A DNA stretch of 58,460 nucleotides from Nitrospirota bacterium (GCA_035623825.1 DASPSR010000064.1:1-58460), one strand, 5' to 3'; counted from the stretch's first letter, positions 40,227 through 49,655 are shown. A program made the numbers and translations. The notes: generated from the sequence alone by a model not told the origin.

Positions 40227-41295
40227 GCTCCAGGGCTCCAGAGGCATGCTGCAGTTTCTCTGCCTGTCGGCCTTGCCACATGGCGCGCAGGACGATGAAC
40301 GCGCCTAACGCCAATGCGAATATCATGATGGCGAAGCTGGTGGTCTTGAGCATCTTCACCATGTTGTCGTTCAGTTTCTCGATGAGTCCGAGCTGGGACA
40401 GGTACACGGGAACCATCAGGCCGCGGCTGAACAGGACGATGACCATGATCACGCCCATCACCACCTTGATCATGAACGGCTTCACATAGGTGGTCCCGAT
40501 GGCGCCGAGCTGGATGCCGAAGAGAGAGCCTGCGAGAATGATCATGGCAAGGCGAATATCGACCAGGCCGTGAAGGGCATACTTGAGGGAGCCGCCAAGA
40601 CCCATGACGAATGCGATCACGAGTTCAGTGGCTGAGGCCATGAGGCTTGGTGCGCCGAGAACATAGATCATGGAAGGAACGCCGATGAAGCCGCCGACAG
40701 CGATCGTGGCAGCCAGCATTCCTGTAGCAAACCCGAGGGGGATGGTGAAGAGCACCGATACACGGGCGTTCAGGCTCTTGAAATAGACCATGGTGCCAGG
40801 AATATTGATTGACTGTATCCGCCTGGCAAGCTCGCCGGTTTTCTCCTCTGCATGGGCGTTTCCGGATCTATATGTCTTCCAGGCATCCCGGAGGACGAAG
40901 CTTCCAACCGTGGCGAGGATTACGACGAAGGCGACGCTCACATAGAGGTTCGAGCCGGCATCGCCGAAAGCCAGTTTGATCTTCTCCTGGATATGCGCAC
41001 CGTAGAGCACGCCGGCCTCTGCCGATATGCCGAGAACGATGCCGAGTTTAACATCGACTTGGCCGTACTTGGCCCGCTTGATGGCGCCCACGAGCGCCTT
41101 CGGGAACTTGTGGCACATGTTGCTCGCCACCGCCACAAGACCGGGGACACCAAGGCTCATCATGCCCGGTGTAAGGACGAACGCCCCGCCGGAACCGATA
41201 AATCCGCTCACAAGACCGCCCACAAAGCCTACCCCGAACAGGTAGAGGATGGTAACGGCATCGAGATTAATGAAATTCGCGACGATGTCGTGCAT
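40213..41295 (-). CDS. TauE/SafE (DUF81) family transporter
   Basis: GLVSGFIGSGGAFVLTP, AVASN, second repeat IAVGGFIGVP..ASAT; multiple TM helices. Confidence 0.9.
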   Translation of the reverse strand: MHDIVANFINLDAVTILYLFGVGFVGGLVSGFIGSGGAFVLTPGMMSLGVPGLVAVASNMCHKFPKALVGAIKRAKYGQVDVKLGIVLGISAEAGVLYGAHIQEKIKLAFGDAGSNLYVSVAFVVILATVGSFVLRDAWKTYRSGNAHAEEKTGELARRIQSINIPGTMVYFKSLNARVSVLFTIPLGFATGMLAATIAVGGFIGVPSMIYVLGAPSLMASATELVIAFVMGLGGSLKYALHGLVDIRLAMIILAGSLFGIQLGAIGTTYVKPFMIKVVMGVIMVIVLFSRGLMVPVYLSQLGLIEKLNDNMVKMLKTTSFAIMIFALALGAFIVLRAMWQGRQAEKLQHASGALEHGEI

Positions 41296-41296
41296 G

Positions 41297-41548
41297 TTAT
41301 TTTACCTCCTTTTTCTTCTTCGCGGCCTCAATGCCGAGCACGGTCCAGAAGTTGCCTGTGAACGAGCCATGTACGAAAGAAAAGACAAACGCGGTGATGA
41401 TCGGTAGCAGCGCATACATTCCGCCCTTCGCGAATGTGCTGTTTACCAGATCCTGCTTGAGCAGGAGGGCCGAGTAGAACGCTATGGATATGATGCCCAT
41501 AACGATCAACTTTCCCACCGGCTTCTTTTTTGTGGTGCTCTGTGCCAT
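41297..41548 (-). CDS. Small two-TM membrane protein
   Basis: Two hydrophobic segments, FSFVHGSF..NFW..LGIEA; AGGAGG RBS; abuts the tauE gene. Confidence 0.8.
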   Translation of the reverse strand: MAQSTTKKKPVGKLIVMGIISIAFYSALLLKQDLVNSTFAKGGMYALLPIITAFVFSFVHGSFTGNFWTVLGIEAAKKKKEVK

Positions 41549-41643
41549 TATGATTCCTCCTTATGTTTTTTTGACAGAGCATCGGGGACAAAAAAATTCC
41601 CATACCCTGCTCCTGTCAGATTCATATGCATTATTCAGTCATG

Positions 41644-42147
41644 CTATGCCCTGGCCCCGTCCATCACCACGACGAGCGGACATTTCAGTTGCTGCCATAG
41701 TTCAGCAAGCGTTTTATCTCTCTTATTACAATCGGCATCGAGACTGTGGGGGGATTCAATGACGGCGAACAGGATTTCCTTTTCGCTGTTCGTATAGTCG
41801 ATGATCTCTTGCTTTAGACAGCCGGTCCGCGAGATCAGCCGGTATGGGACATTAGCCGCCTTGAGCTCCGATTCGAAATGGTCCAGTACGGGATCGATCC
41901 TGCGCTCCCTCCTGCCGGTCGATGAAACATAGAGAATGTCGAGGTGGGCGCCGATTCTCCTTGCAGTGTTCAAGGCGTATTTCAGCGTCTTGATATCAAT
42001 CTGCCCTTCTTTGAGCGCAAGAAGGACCCCTCTCCCTTCCTGCAGCATTGACTGTGCGGTAACGCCCTCATCTGCTTCCGCGAAAGTCGTTGCCGCCAGG
42101 GCGGTTTCTATACTTTTCATCATTTTCTTCAGTTTGGTCGTTTCCAT
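41644..42147 (-). CDS. Usp-like protein with N-terminal AxxFAE motif
   Basis: TLKYALN.A.RIGA.LDILYV..CPLVVV (Usp alpha/beta pattern); N-terminal ETALAATTFAEADEGVTAQSML. Confidence 0.72.
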   Translation of the reverse strand: METTKLKKMMKSIETALAATTFAEADEGVTAQSMLQEGRGVLLALKEGQIDIKTLKYALNTARRIGAHLDILYVSSTGRRERRIDPVLDHFESELKAANVPYRLISRTGCLKQEIIDYTNSEKEILFAVIESPHSLDADCNKRDKTLAELWQQLKCPLVVVMDGARA

Positions 42148-42215
42148 AGACCCTCTGTAGACTATCCGATATCCACGGGGCATGCGGAATGCCGCGGAAG
42201 ATGTTCTGCAAAATG

Positions 42216-42392
42216 CTAGTCGGCACGCAATTCTTTTCTCGCAGCAGGACGTTTGTAATCCTGGACTGTCGGCCGACCGGTCTTTCTCGGCCGGTCTTCA
42301 TTCATGATCTGGCGAGCCGTCTCAAACTCACCCTCTTCCGCGAACGCAGCTGCCACCATTGCCGTTTCGAATTTCTTTAAGATGTTTTTCAT
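42216..42392 (-). CDS. Unannotated 58-aa protein (AAAFAEEGEFETARQI motif)
   Basis: GAGGAGG RBS, ATG 42392, TAG 42216-42218: MKNILKKFETAMVAAAFAEEGEFETARQIMNEDRPRKTGRPTVQDYKRPAARKELRAD. First gene after a sigma-54 promoter; below the ORF-track cutoff. Confidence 0.8.
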   Translation of the reverse strand: MKNILKKFETAMVAAAFAEEGEFETARQIMNEDRPRKTGRPTVQDYKRPAARKELRAD

Positions 42393-42437
42393 TGCCGTTT
42401 CCTCCTCATTTCTATTTTCTCTTTCTGCAATTCATAT

Positions 42438-42453
42438 TACAACTATCGTGCCA
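42438..42453 (-). promoter_or_regulatory. Sigma-54 (-24/-12) promoter of the small ORF-usp-tauE-usp operon
   Basis: Minus strand TGGCACGATAGTTGTA against consensus TGGCACG-N4-TTGC(A/T); a sigma-54 activator is encoded in the divergent operon. Confidence 0.75.
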
Positions 42454-42528
42454 ACAGGATGATGTCATTTAACTATTTGAAAACATTATATTCTCAAACA
42501 ATTCATAAAATCAGCTCATGGCCCCACT

Positions 42529-42630
42529 GTTTAATTTTGCAATAGTAATGAACTTAACACGTATTACTGGTTGAATTTTAAACCTAATTTTGATTGTTGC
42601 ATAAAAAATAAAATCGTTGTAAAATGCAAC
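42529..42630. promoter_or_regulatory. Candidate enhancer (UAS) palindromes GTTGCA-N3-TGCAAC
   Basis: GTTGTAAAATGCAAC (42616-42630), GTTTAATTTTGCAAT (42529-42543), half-site GTTGCA (42596); 80-180 bp upstream of the sigma-54 promoter. Confidence 0.5.
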
Positions 42631-42654
42631 TATTCTAAAAAATCCCGGTACGCG

Positions 42655-44652
42655 ATGAAATTTTTTAGGAAATCAGATGACCAGCAGCATGAATTCATTA
42701 TTGAAGAACTTCGCCAGAAGGTCTCGTCGGCAAGCATGCCCCCTCCTGTCGCGAAGATCGCCGAACAGGAACTTGACCTTTTAACGAGAATCAGTTTCTC
42801 GTCCGCAGAATATACCATCGGCATTACCTATATCGATTACCTTGTTTCCCTGCCCTGGAATAGAAAAACCGAAGACAATCTCAACATCGTCCGCGCCGAA
42901 CGCATCCTAAATGAAAACCACTACGGTCTGGACAAGATAAAAGAGCGGATTATGGAGCACCTGGCTATCAAAGTGCTCATGATGAACAAAAAGGCCCGCG
43001 TTCTGATCATCGATGACGAAGAGATCGCGAGGAAAAATCTCGCGCACATCCTCACGAAAGAAAATTACGACGTAACCACGGCAGCAGACGGGGGAGGGGC
43101 GCTCAGGGAGCTGGAATCTTCGGAGTTTGATGTGGTCCTGACCGACCTCCGAATGGGGAAAATCGACGGCATGGACATTCTGGATCGGGTCAAGATAAAA
43201 TACCCTGACACCAAGGTGATCATGGTGACAGGCTACGCTACTGTCCCCTCGGCCATCGAAGCCATGCAGAAAGGCGCGTTCCACTATATTGCCAAACCGT
43301 TTAAGCTCGACGAAGTGCGCGACACAGTAAAGAGGGCGGCCGAGAAAAAATCGCTCCGGCCCATGACCAAGGGCTCGGTGCTTTGCTTCTCCGGTCCACC
43401 GGGCACAGGGAAAACGTCGCTCGGGCAATCCATTGCCCGGGCACTCAACAGAAAATTTACGAGAATCGCTCTTGGCGGGCTTAAGGACGAGGCCGATATC
43501 CGCGGACATCGAAGGACTTACGTGGGCGCAAAGCCTGGTAGGGTTATCGAGGAGATCCGGAGAGTGGAATCGGCCAATCCCGTAATCATGCTTGACGAAC
43601 TTGACAAGATCGGGCACGATTTCAAGGGGGACCCGGAATCGGCCCTGCTTGAAGTGCTCGACCCCGAACAGAATCGTTCTTTCGTGGACCACTATCTTGA
43701 CGTCCCGTTCGACCTTTCAAGCGTCATGTTCATCCTCACCGCTAATGTGCTCGACACCATCCCGGCGCCGCTCCGCGACCGTATGGAGGTCATCGAGTTT
43801 GCAGGGTACACGCAGGAGGAAAAGGCGCGTATCGCCATGCGCTTCCTCTGCCCAAAGCAGACCCGCGAAAAAGGCCTCTCCTTGGGCCAGGTCGTCTTCA
43901 CGGAAGAGGCCATAAATAAAATCATCCAGGAGTACACGCATGAGGCCGGCATCCGTAATCTAGAACGGAGGATCGCCACGGTCTGCCGCAAGATCGCCCG
44001 GAAAACGCTCCAGAGCACCGGCGCAGCGGAGGTCCTGACCATAATCCCTGAATCTGTGGAGCGCTACCTCGGAAGAAAAAAGTTCCACTTCGAGGCAATC
44101 GAGGAACAGGACCGGATCGGCGTAGCCACAGGCCTCGTGGTGACCGAGACCGGCGGCGATATCATCTTTGTCGAAGCAGCCAAGATGAAAGGCGACAAAG
44201 AGCTCATCATCACCGGCTCGCTCGGCGATGTGATGAGGGAATCGGCACAGGCGGCGCTCAGCTACGTCAGGAGCAATGCCGAAGCATTCGGGATCCCCGA
44301 TAATTTCTTCGAGCGCCACGACATCCACATCCACGTCCCCTCCGGCGCGATCCAGAAAGACGGCCCATCGGCGGGCATCACTATCCTTATTGCCCTCGCC
44401 TCGCTCCTGACAAAGCGGCCCGCCCGGCGTGACGTCGCCCTGACCGGCGAGATAACACTTACAGGCCGCATCCTCCGTGTCGGCGGAATCCAGGAAAAGA
44501 TCCTCGCGGCCAAACGAGCAAAGGTCAAGACCGTGATCGTGCCCGCACGAAACAAAGACGATGTCGATGATTTAACCGAAGATATGAAAAGAGACATCGA
44601 CATCCAGATCGCCGACACCATTACGGAAGTCGTGAAAGCGGTGCTGATTTAG
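42655..44652 (+). CDS. lon: Lon (LonA-type) ATP-dependent protease lacking the N-domain, with an inserted response-regulator receiver domain
   Basis: LPW..HYGL..KERI.E.LA, then REC (LIIDDE..VLTDLRM..DG..TGY..AKPF), then Walker A GPPGTGKT, GHRRTY, Walker B LDELDK, protease KDGPSAG (Ser) and GGIQEK (Lys). Start placed at ATG 42655. Confidence 0.92.
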   Translation: MKFFRKSDDQQHEFIIEELRQKVSSASMPPPVAKIAEQELDLLTRISFSSAEYTIGITYIDYLVSLPWNRKTEDNLNIVRAERILNENHYGLDKIKERIMEHLAIKVLMMNKKARVLIIDDEEIARKNLAHILTKENYDVTTAADGGGALRELESSEFDVVLTDLRMGKIDGMDILDRVKIKYPDTKVIMVTGYATVPSAIEAMQKGAFHYIAKPFKLDEVRDTVKRAAEKKSLRPMTKGSVLCFSGPPGTGKTSLGQSIARALNRKFTRIALGGLKDEADIRGHRRTYVGAKPGRVIEEIRRVESANPVIMLDELDKIGHDFKGDPESALLEVLDPEQNRSFVDHYLDVPFDLSSVMFILTANVLDTIPAPLRDRMEVIEFAGYTQEEKARIAMRFLCPKQTREKGLSLGQVVFTEEAINKIIQEYTHEAGIRNLERRIATVCRKIARKTLQSTGAAEVLTIIPESVERYLGRKKFHFEAIEEQDRIGVATGLVVTETGGDIIFVEAAKMKGDKELIITGSLGDVMRESAQAALSYVRSNAEAFGIPDNFFERHDIHIHVPSGAIQKDGPSAGITILIALASLLTKRPARRDVALTGEITLTGRILRVGGIQEKILAAKRAKVKTVIVPARNKDDVDDLTEDMKRDIDIQIADTITEVVKAVLI

Positions 44653-44655
44653 CCC

Positions 44656-46200
44656 ATGTTCAACTATAAACCAAGCATACGCCAGAAGATAACGTTCGGT
44701 TACTATGCCATTGTAGCCATGATCATCGGCCTGACCATGTTCACCTATCTTGAACTTCGGTACGTCGAAAAGAAGATCGTGTTCGGTGAGGCTATCTCCG
44801 AATTTTTTGACACAACGCTCGAGATCAGGCGGTTCGAGAAGAACTTCTTTCTCTACGAACAGAGGTCGGACTATAACGAGAACATCACGTATGTGTCCAA
44901 GGCCCAGGACATCATCGATCGCAATATCACGGGGTTTACTGCCGTGGCATCACCCGAACAGATATCGGCGATCCAGGTCAAGCTGAAAGAATACAAGGAT
45001 ATCATGGAGCAATACGCAGAGCTGAACAACCAGAGCGTCGAAAAACGGCCCAACAATGCGGCTCGCAAGACAATGCTCGAAGGCAAGATACGCGCCAACG
45101 GCAAGGACATCATCACAATCGCGGAAGAGATCTCGAAGACAGAGAGAAGGAGCCTTCAGGCGCTCCTCAACAACTCCCAGCGCATCCTCATAACGTCGAT
45201 CGTGCTCATCTCCATTGCGGTGATTGCCCTGGGCCAGGTTCTGTCGCGTATGGTATCGCGACCGCTGAAATCACTGGAAGAGAGCATGGGAGTCATTGCC
45301 GAGGGGAAGTTCGAGCGTGTTGCGATCGACTCGAAGGATCGTGAAATCGTCTCCCTCACGAAGGCCTTCAACAAAATGCTCAAAGAGCTGGAACTGCATG
45401 AACGGCACCTAATCCAGTCCGAGAAGCTCGCGTCACTAGGCACACTCCTGTCCGGCGTGGCGCACGAACTGAACAATCCCCTGTCCAACATCTCTTCGTC
45501 CAACCAGATACTCATGGAAGAGTTCAAGGAAGCGCGTGAGCGACGGCCTTCCGGATCCTGGCCTCTGGACCCCGACTTCTCAGTGGAACTCATGACCCAG
45601 ATCAACGATCAGACGGACCGGGCACGCAATATCGTCCGTTCCCTGCTCGACTTCTCGCGGGACAGGGAGTTCAAGAAGGAGAAGCTGTCGCTGAAAAAGC
45701 TCTTTGAAGAAACTATCCAGTTCGTCAAAGGACAAGTACCGGCGAGAATAGAGATCACATTGGCCGTCGCCAATGACATCATGATCATGGCCGACAAACA
45801 GCGAATTCAACAGGCTTTCCTGAATCTGGTCAAAAACGCCATTGACGCAATCACCACGGACGAGGGGACGATAACCATCAAGGCCGAGAAGCACCGAACG
45901 ATTGACGATATCGAGGACGAAAAGATTGGCATCTACAATTATCTAAAATACCGCGGCAAGTGCACTCTTGAAGAAGACACCGTTGATATCGAGATACGGG
46001 ACAGCGGCTCCGGTATACCTCTCGATATCATTCCAAAGATCTTTGACCCCTTCTTTACGACCAAGGACGTAGGCAAGGGTTCAGGTCTCGGTCTCTTCAT
46101 CGTACACGAGATTATCGAAGAACACGACGGCTGCATCGCCGTGGACAGCGAACCCGGCAAGGGAACGTCTTTTTTGATGCGTTTGCCGGTGAGGGAGTAA
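44656..46200 (+). CDS. Membrane sensor histidine kinase (TM-periplasmic helical sensor-TM-HAMP-HisKA-HATPase)
   Basis: EKLASLG..GVAHELNNPL H-box, NLVKNA N-box, DSGSG, FDPFFTTK, GSGLGL. Confidence 0.95.
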   Translation: MFNYKPSIRQKITFGYYAIVAMIIGLTMFTYLELRYVEKKIVFGEAISEFFDTTLEIRRFEKNFFLYEQRSDYNENITYVSKAQDIIDRNITGFTAVASPEQISAIQVKLKEYKDIMEQYAELNNQSVEKRPNNAARKTMLEGKIRANGKDIITIAEEISKTERRSLQALLNNSQRILITSIVLISIAVIALGQVLSRMVSRPLKSLEESMGVIAEGKFERVAIDSKDREIVSLTKAFNKMLKELELHERHLIQSEKLASLGTLLSGVAHELNNPLSNISSSNQILMEEFKEARERRPSGSWPLDPDFSVELMTQINDQTDRARNIVRSLLDFSRDREFKKEKLSLKKLFEETIQFVKGQVPARIEITLAVANDIMIMADKQRIQQAFLNLVKNAIDAITTDEGTITIKAEKHRTIDDIEDEKIGIYNYLKYRGKCTLEEDTVDIEIRDSGSGIPLDIIPKIFDPFFTTKDVGKGSGLGLFIVHEIIEEHDGCIAVDSEPGKGTSFLMRLPVRE

Positions 46201-46205
46201 AGATC

Positions 46206-47567
46206 GTGCAAGACACCGCAAAAATACTGATCATTGACGACGAGCGGGTCGCTCTCCGGAACCTTGAGCACGTCATGAAAAAGGAAGGGTACGATGTGAC
46301 GGCTACGCAGAGCGGCCCGAACGCGCTCAAGCTGCTCGATGAACAGCAGTTTGATGTGGTGCTTACGGACCTGCGCATGGAAAAGGTCGACGGCATGCAG
46401 ATCCTGCGGAAAAGCCGTGAGTTTTACCCAGATTCCGAAGTGATCATGATAACGGGCTACGCCACGCTCGATTCCGCCGTTGAGACCATGAAGCACGGTG
46501 CGTTCTACTATATTGCAAAGCCTTTTAAGCTTGAAGAGGTGCGCAAGGTCGTGAAGGAGGCTGTGCACAAGGTCAAGCTCAAAACCGAGAACCGGAACCT
46601 GCGGGAACAGCTCGAAAGCTATCAAGGCAGGGTCAAGATCATTACGCAGGACTCGAACATGGAGAAGACTCTCGAAACCTCACGCCAGATCGCGCCGACT
46701 GATTGCAATGTGCTCATCACCGGCGAGAGCGGAACCGGCAAGGAGCTCTTCGCTCGTTTCATCCACGTGAACAGCAAACGCGCTGAGGGCCCCTTCTTCG
46801 CTCTCAACTGCGGCGCCTTTAGCGAGGATCTTCTATCGAATGAACTGTTCGGTCACGAAAAAGGTGCATTTACCGGCGCCAACAGCATGAAGAAGGGGCT
46901 CATCGAAATGGCGTCGGGAGGTACCCTGTTCCTCGACGAGATCACGGAAATGTCGCCGTCCATGCAAGTAAAGCTCCTCCGCGTTATCCAGGAGAGAGAG
47001 GTCCTTCGTGTCGGTGGAACGGAACCGTTGAAGGTAGACGTGCGGTTCGTAGCCGCTACCAACAGGGACATTCATGATTCCATGAAAACCGGCGCCTTCA
47101 GACAGGACCTCTATTTCCGGCTAAACGTGGTCTCGCTCCGCATTCCGCCTCTTTCTGAACGAAAGGACGATATCCCGCTGCTTTCCTTTTATTTCTTGAA
47201 GAAATACGCCTTGCTTATGAAGAAAGAAGTGACCGAAATCACCGAGGACGTGATCGCACTGCTCATGAATTACGACTTCCCGGGGAATGTTCGGGAGCTC
47301 GAGAACATCATCGAACGCGGTGTGGCGCTAACGAATGGGGCCACCATCGAGTCTGGACATCTGCCCGAGGACCTGCGCGAGCTCAGCATCAAGACCTTCA
47401 GGAAGAAGGAGGGCAAGATACCATCGCTCGAGGAACAGGAAATGGCGTATATCCGTTGGGTGCTGAACGAGGTCGGCGGCAACAAGACCCTCGCCGCGCA
47501 GATACTCGGTATCGACCGGGTCTCTCTCTGGAGGAAGCTCAAGAAGTATGGGCTGGAGACTGATTAG
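46206..47567 (+). CDS. NtrC/AtoC-family sigma-54-dependent response regulator
   Basis: REC domain, GESGTGKE, ELFGHEKGAFTGA, LFLDE, FPGNVREL, Fis-type HTH. Confidence 0.96.
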   Translation: MQDTAKILIIDDERVALRNLEHVMKKEGYDVTATQSGPNALKLLDEQQFDVVLTDLRMEKVDGMQILRKSREFYPDSEVIMITGYATLDSAVETMKHGAFYYIAKPFKLEEVRKVVKEAVHKVKLKTENRNLREQLESYQGRVKIITQDSNMEKTLETSRQIAPTDCNVLITGESGTGKELFARFIHVNSKRAEGPFFALNCGAFSEDLLSNELFGHEKGAFTGANSMKKGLIEMASGGTLFLDEITEMSPSMQVKLLRVIQEREVLRVGGTEPLKVDVRFVAATNRDIHDSMKTGAFRQDLYFRLNVVSLRIPPLSERKDDIPLLSFYFLKKYALLMKKEVTEITEDVIALLMNYDFPGNVRELENIIERGVALTNGATIESGHLPEDLRELSIKTFRKKEGKIPSLEEQEMAYIRWVLNEVGGNKTLAAQILGIDRVSLWRKLKKYGLETD

Positions 47568-47643
47568 TTATCGAAATCACGGTCCGGCATGACTTTTCCC
47601 CTCCTCTATCGCGAGTATCAGGCAATGACCTCAGGAGGAAACA

Positions 47644-48120
47644 ATGGGTTTTGAAGACTTGATTTATGATCTGCAAAATGGCCTCGGCCTGGTCCGAGTC
47701 AAGGCTGCGTCAGAACTGGGGAAGCTCAAGGACAAAAAAGCTGCAGCAGCGTTGAGAGAGGCGCTGAAAGACCCCAATATGGGAGTCAGGAGCAATGCAG
47801 CTTTCGCGCTTGGAGAACTCGGTTCGAAAGATGCGGTACCCCAGCTCCTTGCGCTCCTGAACGATCCCGAAGAGCGGGTAAGAAAGAGCGCCGTTAAGGC
47901 CCTGGGGATGATTGGTTCACGTGAGTCCGTTGCCTCCTTGATCCATGCACTGAATCACGACGCATCACTTATTGTCCGTAGGAGCGCCATCAGAAGCCTG
48001 GGCCAGATTGGCGGACCCAAGGCGATGCAGGCCGTTGAACGCGCTGCTTCAGACCCCGACATCATCCTTGCCGATATGGCGAAAAAGGCAATGGAGAATC
48101 ACAAAAACCATAGGCGGTAA
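47644..48120 (+). CDS. HEAT/PBS-lyase-repeat protein
   Basis: Repeated L..L.DP...VR..A..ALG.IG units; AGGAGG RBS. Confidence 0.88.
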   Translation: MGFEDLIYDLQNGLGLVRVKAASELGKLKDKKAAAALREALKDPNMGVRSNAAFALGELGSKDAVPQLLALLNDPEERVRKSAVKALGMIGSRESVASLIHALNHDASLIVRRSAIRSLGQIGGPKAMQAVERAASDPDIILADMAKKAMENHKNHRR

Positions 48121-48543
48121 AAACCGTCTTTTACGCATATCAAGCCCGTCAATATTTCATCTTGAAATTGGCCCTCCTTCAGACCGAACTCCGCTTTGAA
48201 AGACCCGGCCCAGTCTACCGGTAGTGACTTCCTTTCTTTTTCCTCCAATCGTCCTGTGTGAATTTCTTGCAGGGATTTCATCTGCAACACTCTTGTTCCC
48301 GTGCAGGACTTTTTTTTAGCAGTCTCGTAAAGATCAGAATAAAATGCAAGTGTGTTTGTTCCGCGAATGTCGGCCACTTTTTATGTTTTGATGCTTGTAC
48401 TTTCTTGCTTCTGCGCACCACAAATTCATTCCGGACTGTTTATAAATAATTCTTATGGCGCGTTATGATGATTTTATGGATTTTGTGCACTGAAACGGGA
48501 ACATTTTTCTTGACATCATCTCTATTATTATATTATAAGAAAA

Positions 48544-48579
48544 AGTGCATAATGAAACGATATAGTTGCAAATTGCAAT
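48544..48579. promoter_or_regulatory. Tandem palindromic sites resembling those at 42529-42630, upstream of the second tauE gene
   Basis: AGTGCATAATGAAAC (48544-48558) and GTTGCAAATTGCAAT (48565-48579), 21 bp apart. Confidence 0.4.
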
Positions 48580-48636
48580 TGAATTTTTCAATAATAATTT
48601 TGGATTGGACTCATACGAGGGAGGAAAGGACAAGAA

Positions 48637-49644
48637 ATGGTAGAGCGTAATTTGAAGGTCTTTTTCATGCTGCTGGTCGTTTTAATCGCGCTGACTGCGG
48701 CTGGTGCAGTGTTTGCTTCGTCCGGTACACATGAAGCGGCGGCACCTGCAGCGGTAGAGACGCCTTTGGCTGCGACTGCGGCAAGACCGGCATCGACAGC
48801 ACCTTGGTGGATCTGGCCGCTGGCATTGTTCATCGTGACGTTTATCCTCGGCATTCTGGCTGTCCTCGGCGGCGTTGGCGGAGGCGTGCTTTTTGTGCCG
48901 ATCGTGGGCGGATTCTTCCCATTCCATATCGATTTCGTGAGAGGCGCGGGCCTGCTCGTGGCGCTTGCGGGCGCGCTTGCTGCCGGCCCTGGTCTCCTCA
49001 AGAGGAACCTCGCCAGCCTTCGCCTCGCTCTTCCCGTCGCACTTATCGCGTCGGCAGCTGCGATCGTCGGCGCGATGATCGGCCTCGCCCTCAAGCCGGA
49101 TGTCGTCAATACGCTCCTCGGCGCGACCATCCTGCTCATCGTGGTCATCATGGCGACGGCGAAGAAGTCCGACTTCCCCGTAGTGCCGAAGCCCGATGCG
49201 CTGTCTCAGAGCCTCGGCATCATGGGCATCTACCGGGAAGAATCGCTCGGCAAGGACGTTGAGTGGAATGTCCACAAAACGCCTCTGGGTCTGACCCTGT
49301 TCATCGTGATCGGCATCATGGCCGGCATGTTCGGTCTCGGCGCCGGCTGGGCGAACGTGCCTGTGCTGAACCTCATGATGGGCGCGCCGCTCAAGATATC
49401 GGTGGCTACGAGCAAGTTCCTGCTCTCGATCACCGACACTTCTGCGGCATGGGTATATCTGAACCAAGGCGCGGTGCTTCCCATGATCGTGGTGCCGTCC
49501 CTCGTGGGCATCATGATCGGATCCATCGTGGGCGTGAAGATACTCGCCAAGGCGAAACCCAAGGCCATCAAATGGATGGTGATTGGCCTCCTGCTCTTCG
49601 CAGGAGCTAGATCCCTGCTCAAGGGACTCGGAGTCTGGAGATAG
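48637..49644 (+). CDS. TauE/SafE (DUF81) family transporter
   Basis: GILAVLGGVGGGVLFVP and GIMAGMFGLGAGWANVP repeats, ATS; multiple TM helices. Confidence 0.9.
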   Translation: MVERNLKVFFMLLVVLIALTAAGAVFASSGTHEAAAPAAVETPLAATAARPASTAPWWIWPLALFIVTFILGILAVLGGVGGGVLFVPIVGGFFPFHIDFVRGAGLLVALAGALAAGPGLLKRNLASLRLALPVALIASAAAIVGAMIGLALKPDVVNTLLGATILLIVVIMATAKKSDFPVVPKPDALSQSLGIMGIYREESLGKDVEWNVHKTPLGLTLFIVIGIMAGMFGLGAGWANVPVLNLMMGAPLKISVATSKFLLSITDTSAAWVYLNQGAVLPMIVVPSLVGIMIGSIVGVKILAKAKPKAIKWMVIGLLLFAGARSLLKGLGVWR

Positions 49645-49655
49645 GGGGAAGAAAA

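Noticed and set aside
42994-43350. Intein or mobile insertion in Lon
   Set aside because: No Cys/Ser start or His-Asn end splicing motifs; the insert is a clear receiver domain.
42907-43692. 261-aa minus-strand ORF within lon
   Set aside because: Antisense shadow with no RBS or motifs; the REC insertion is in frame with lon and is not a separate gene.
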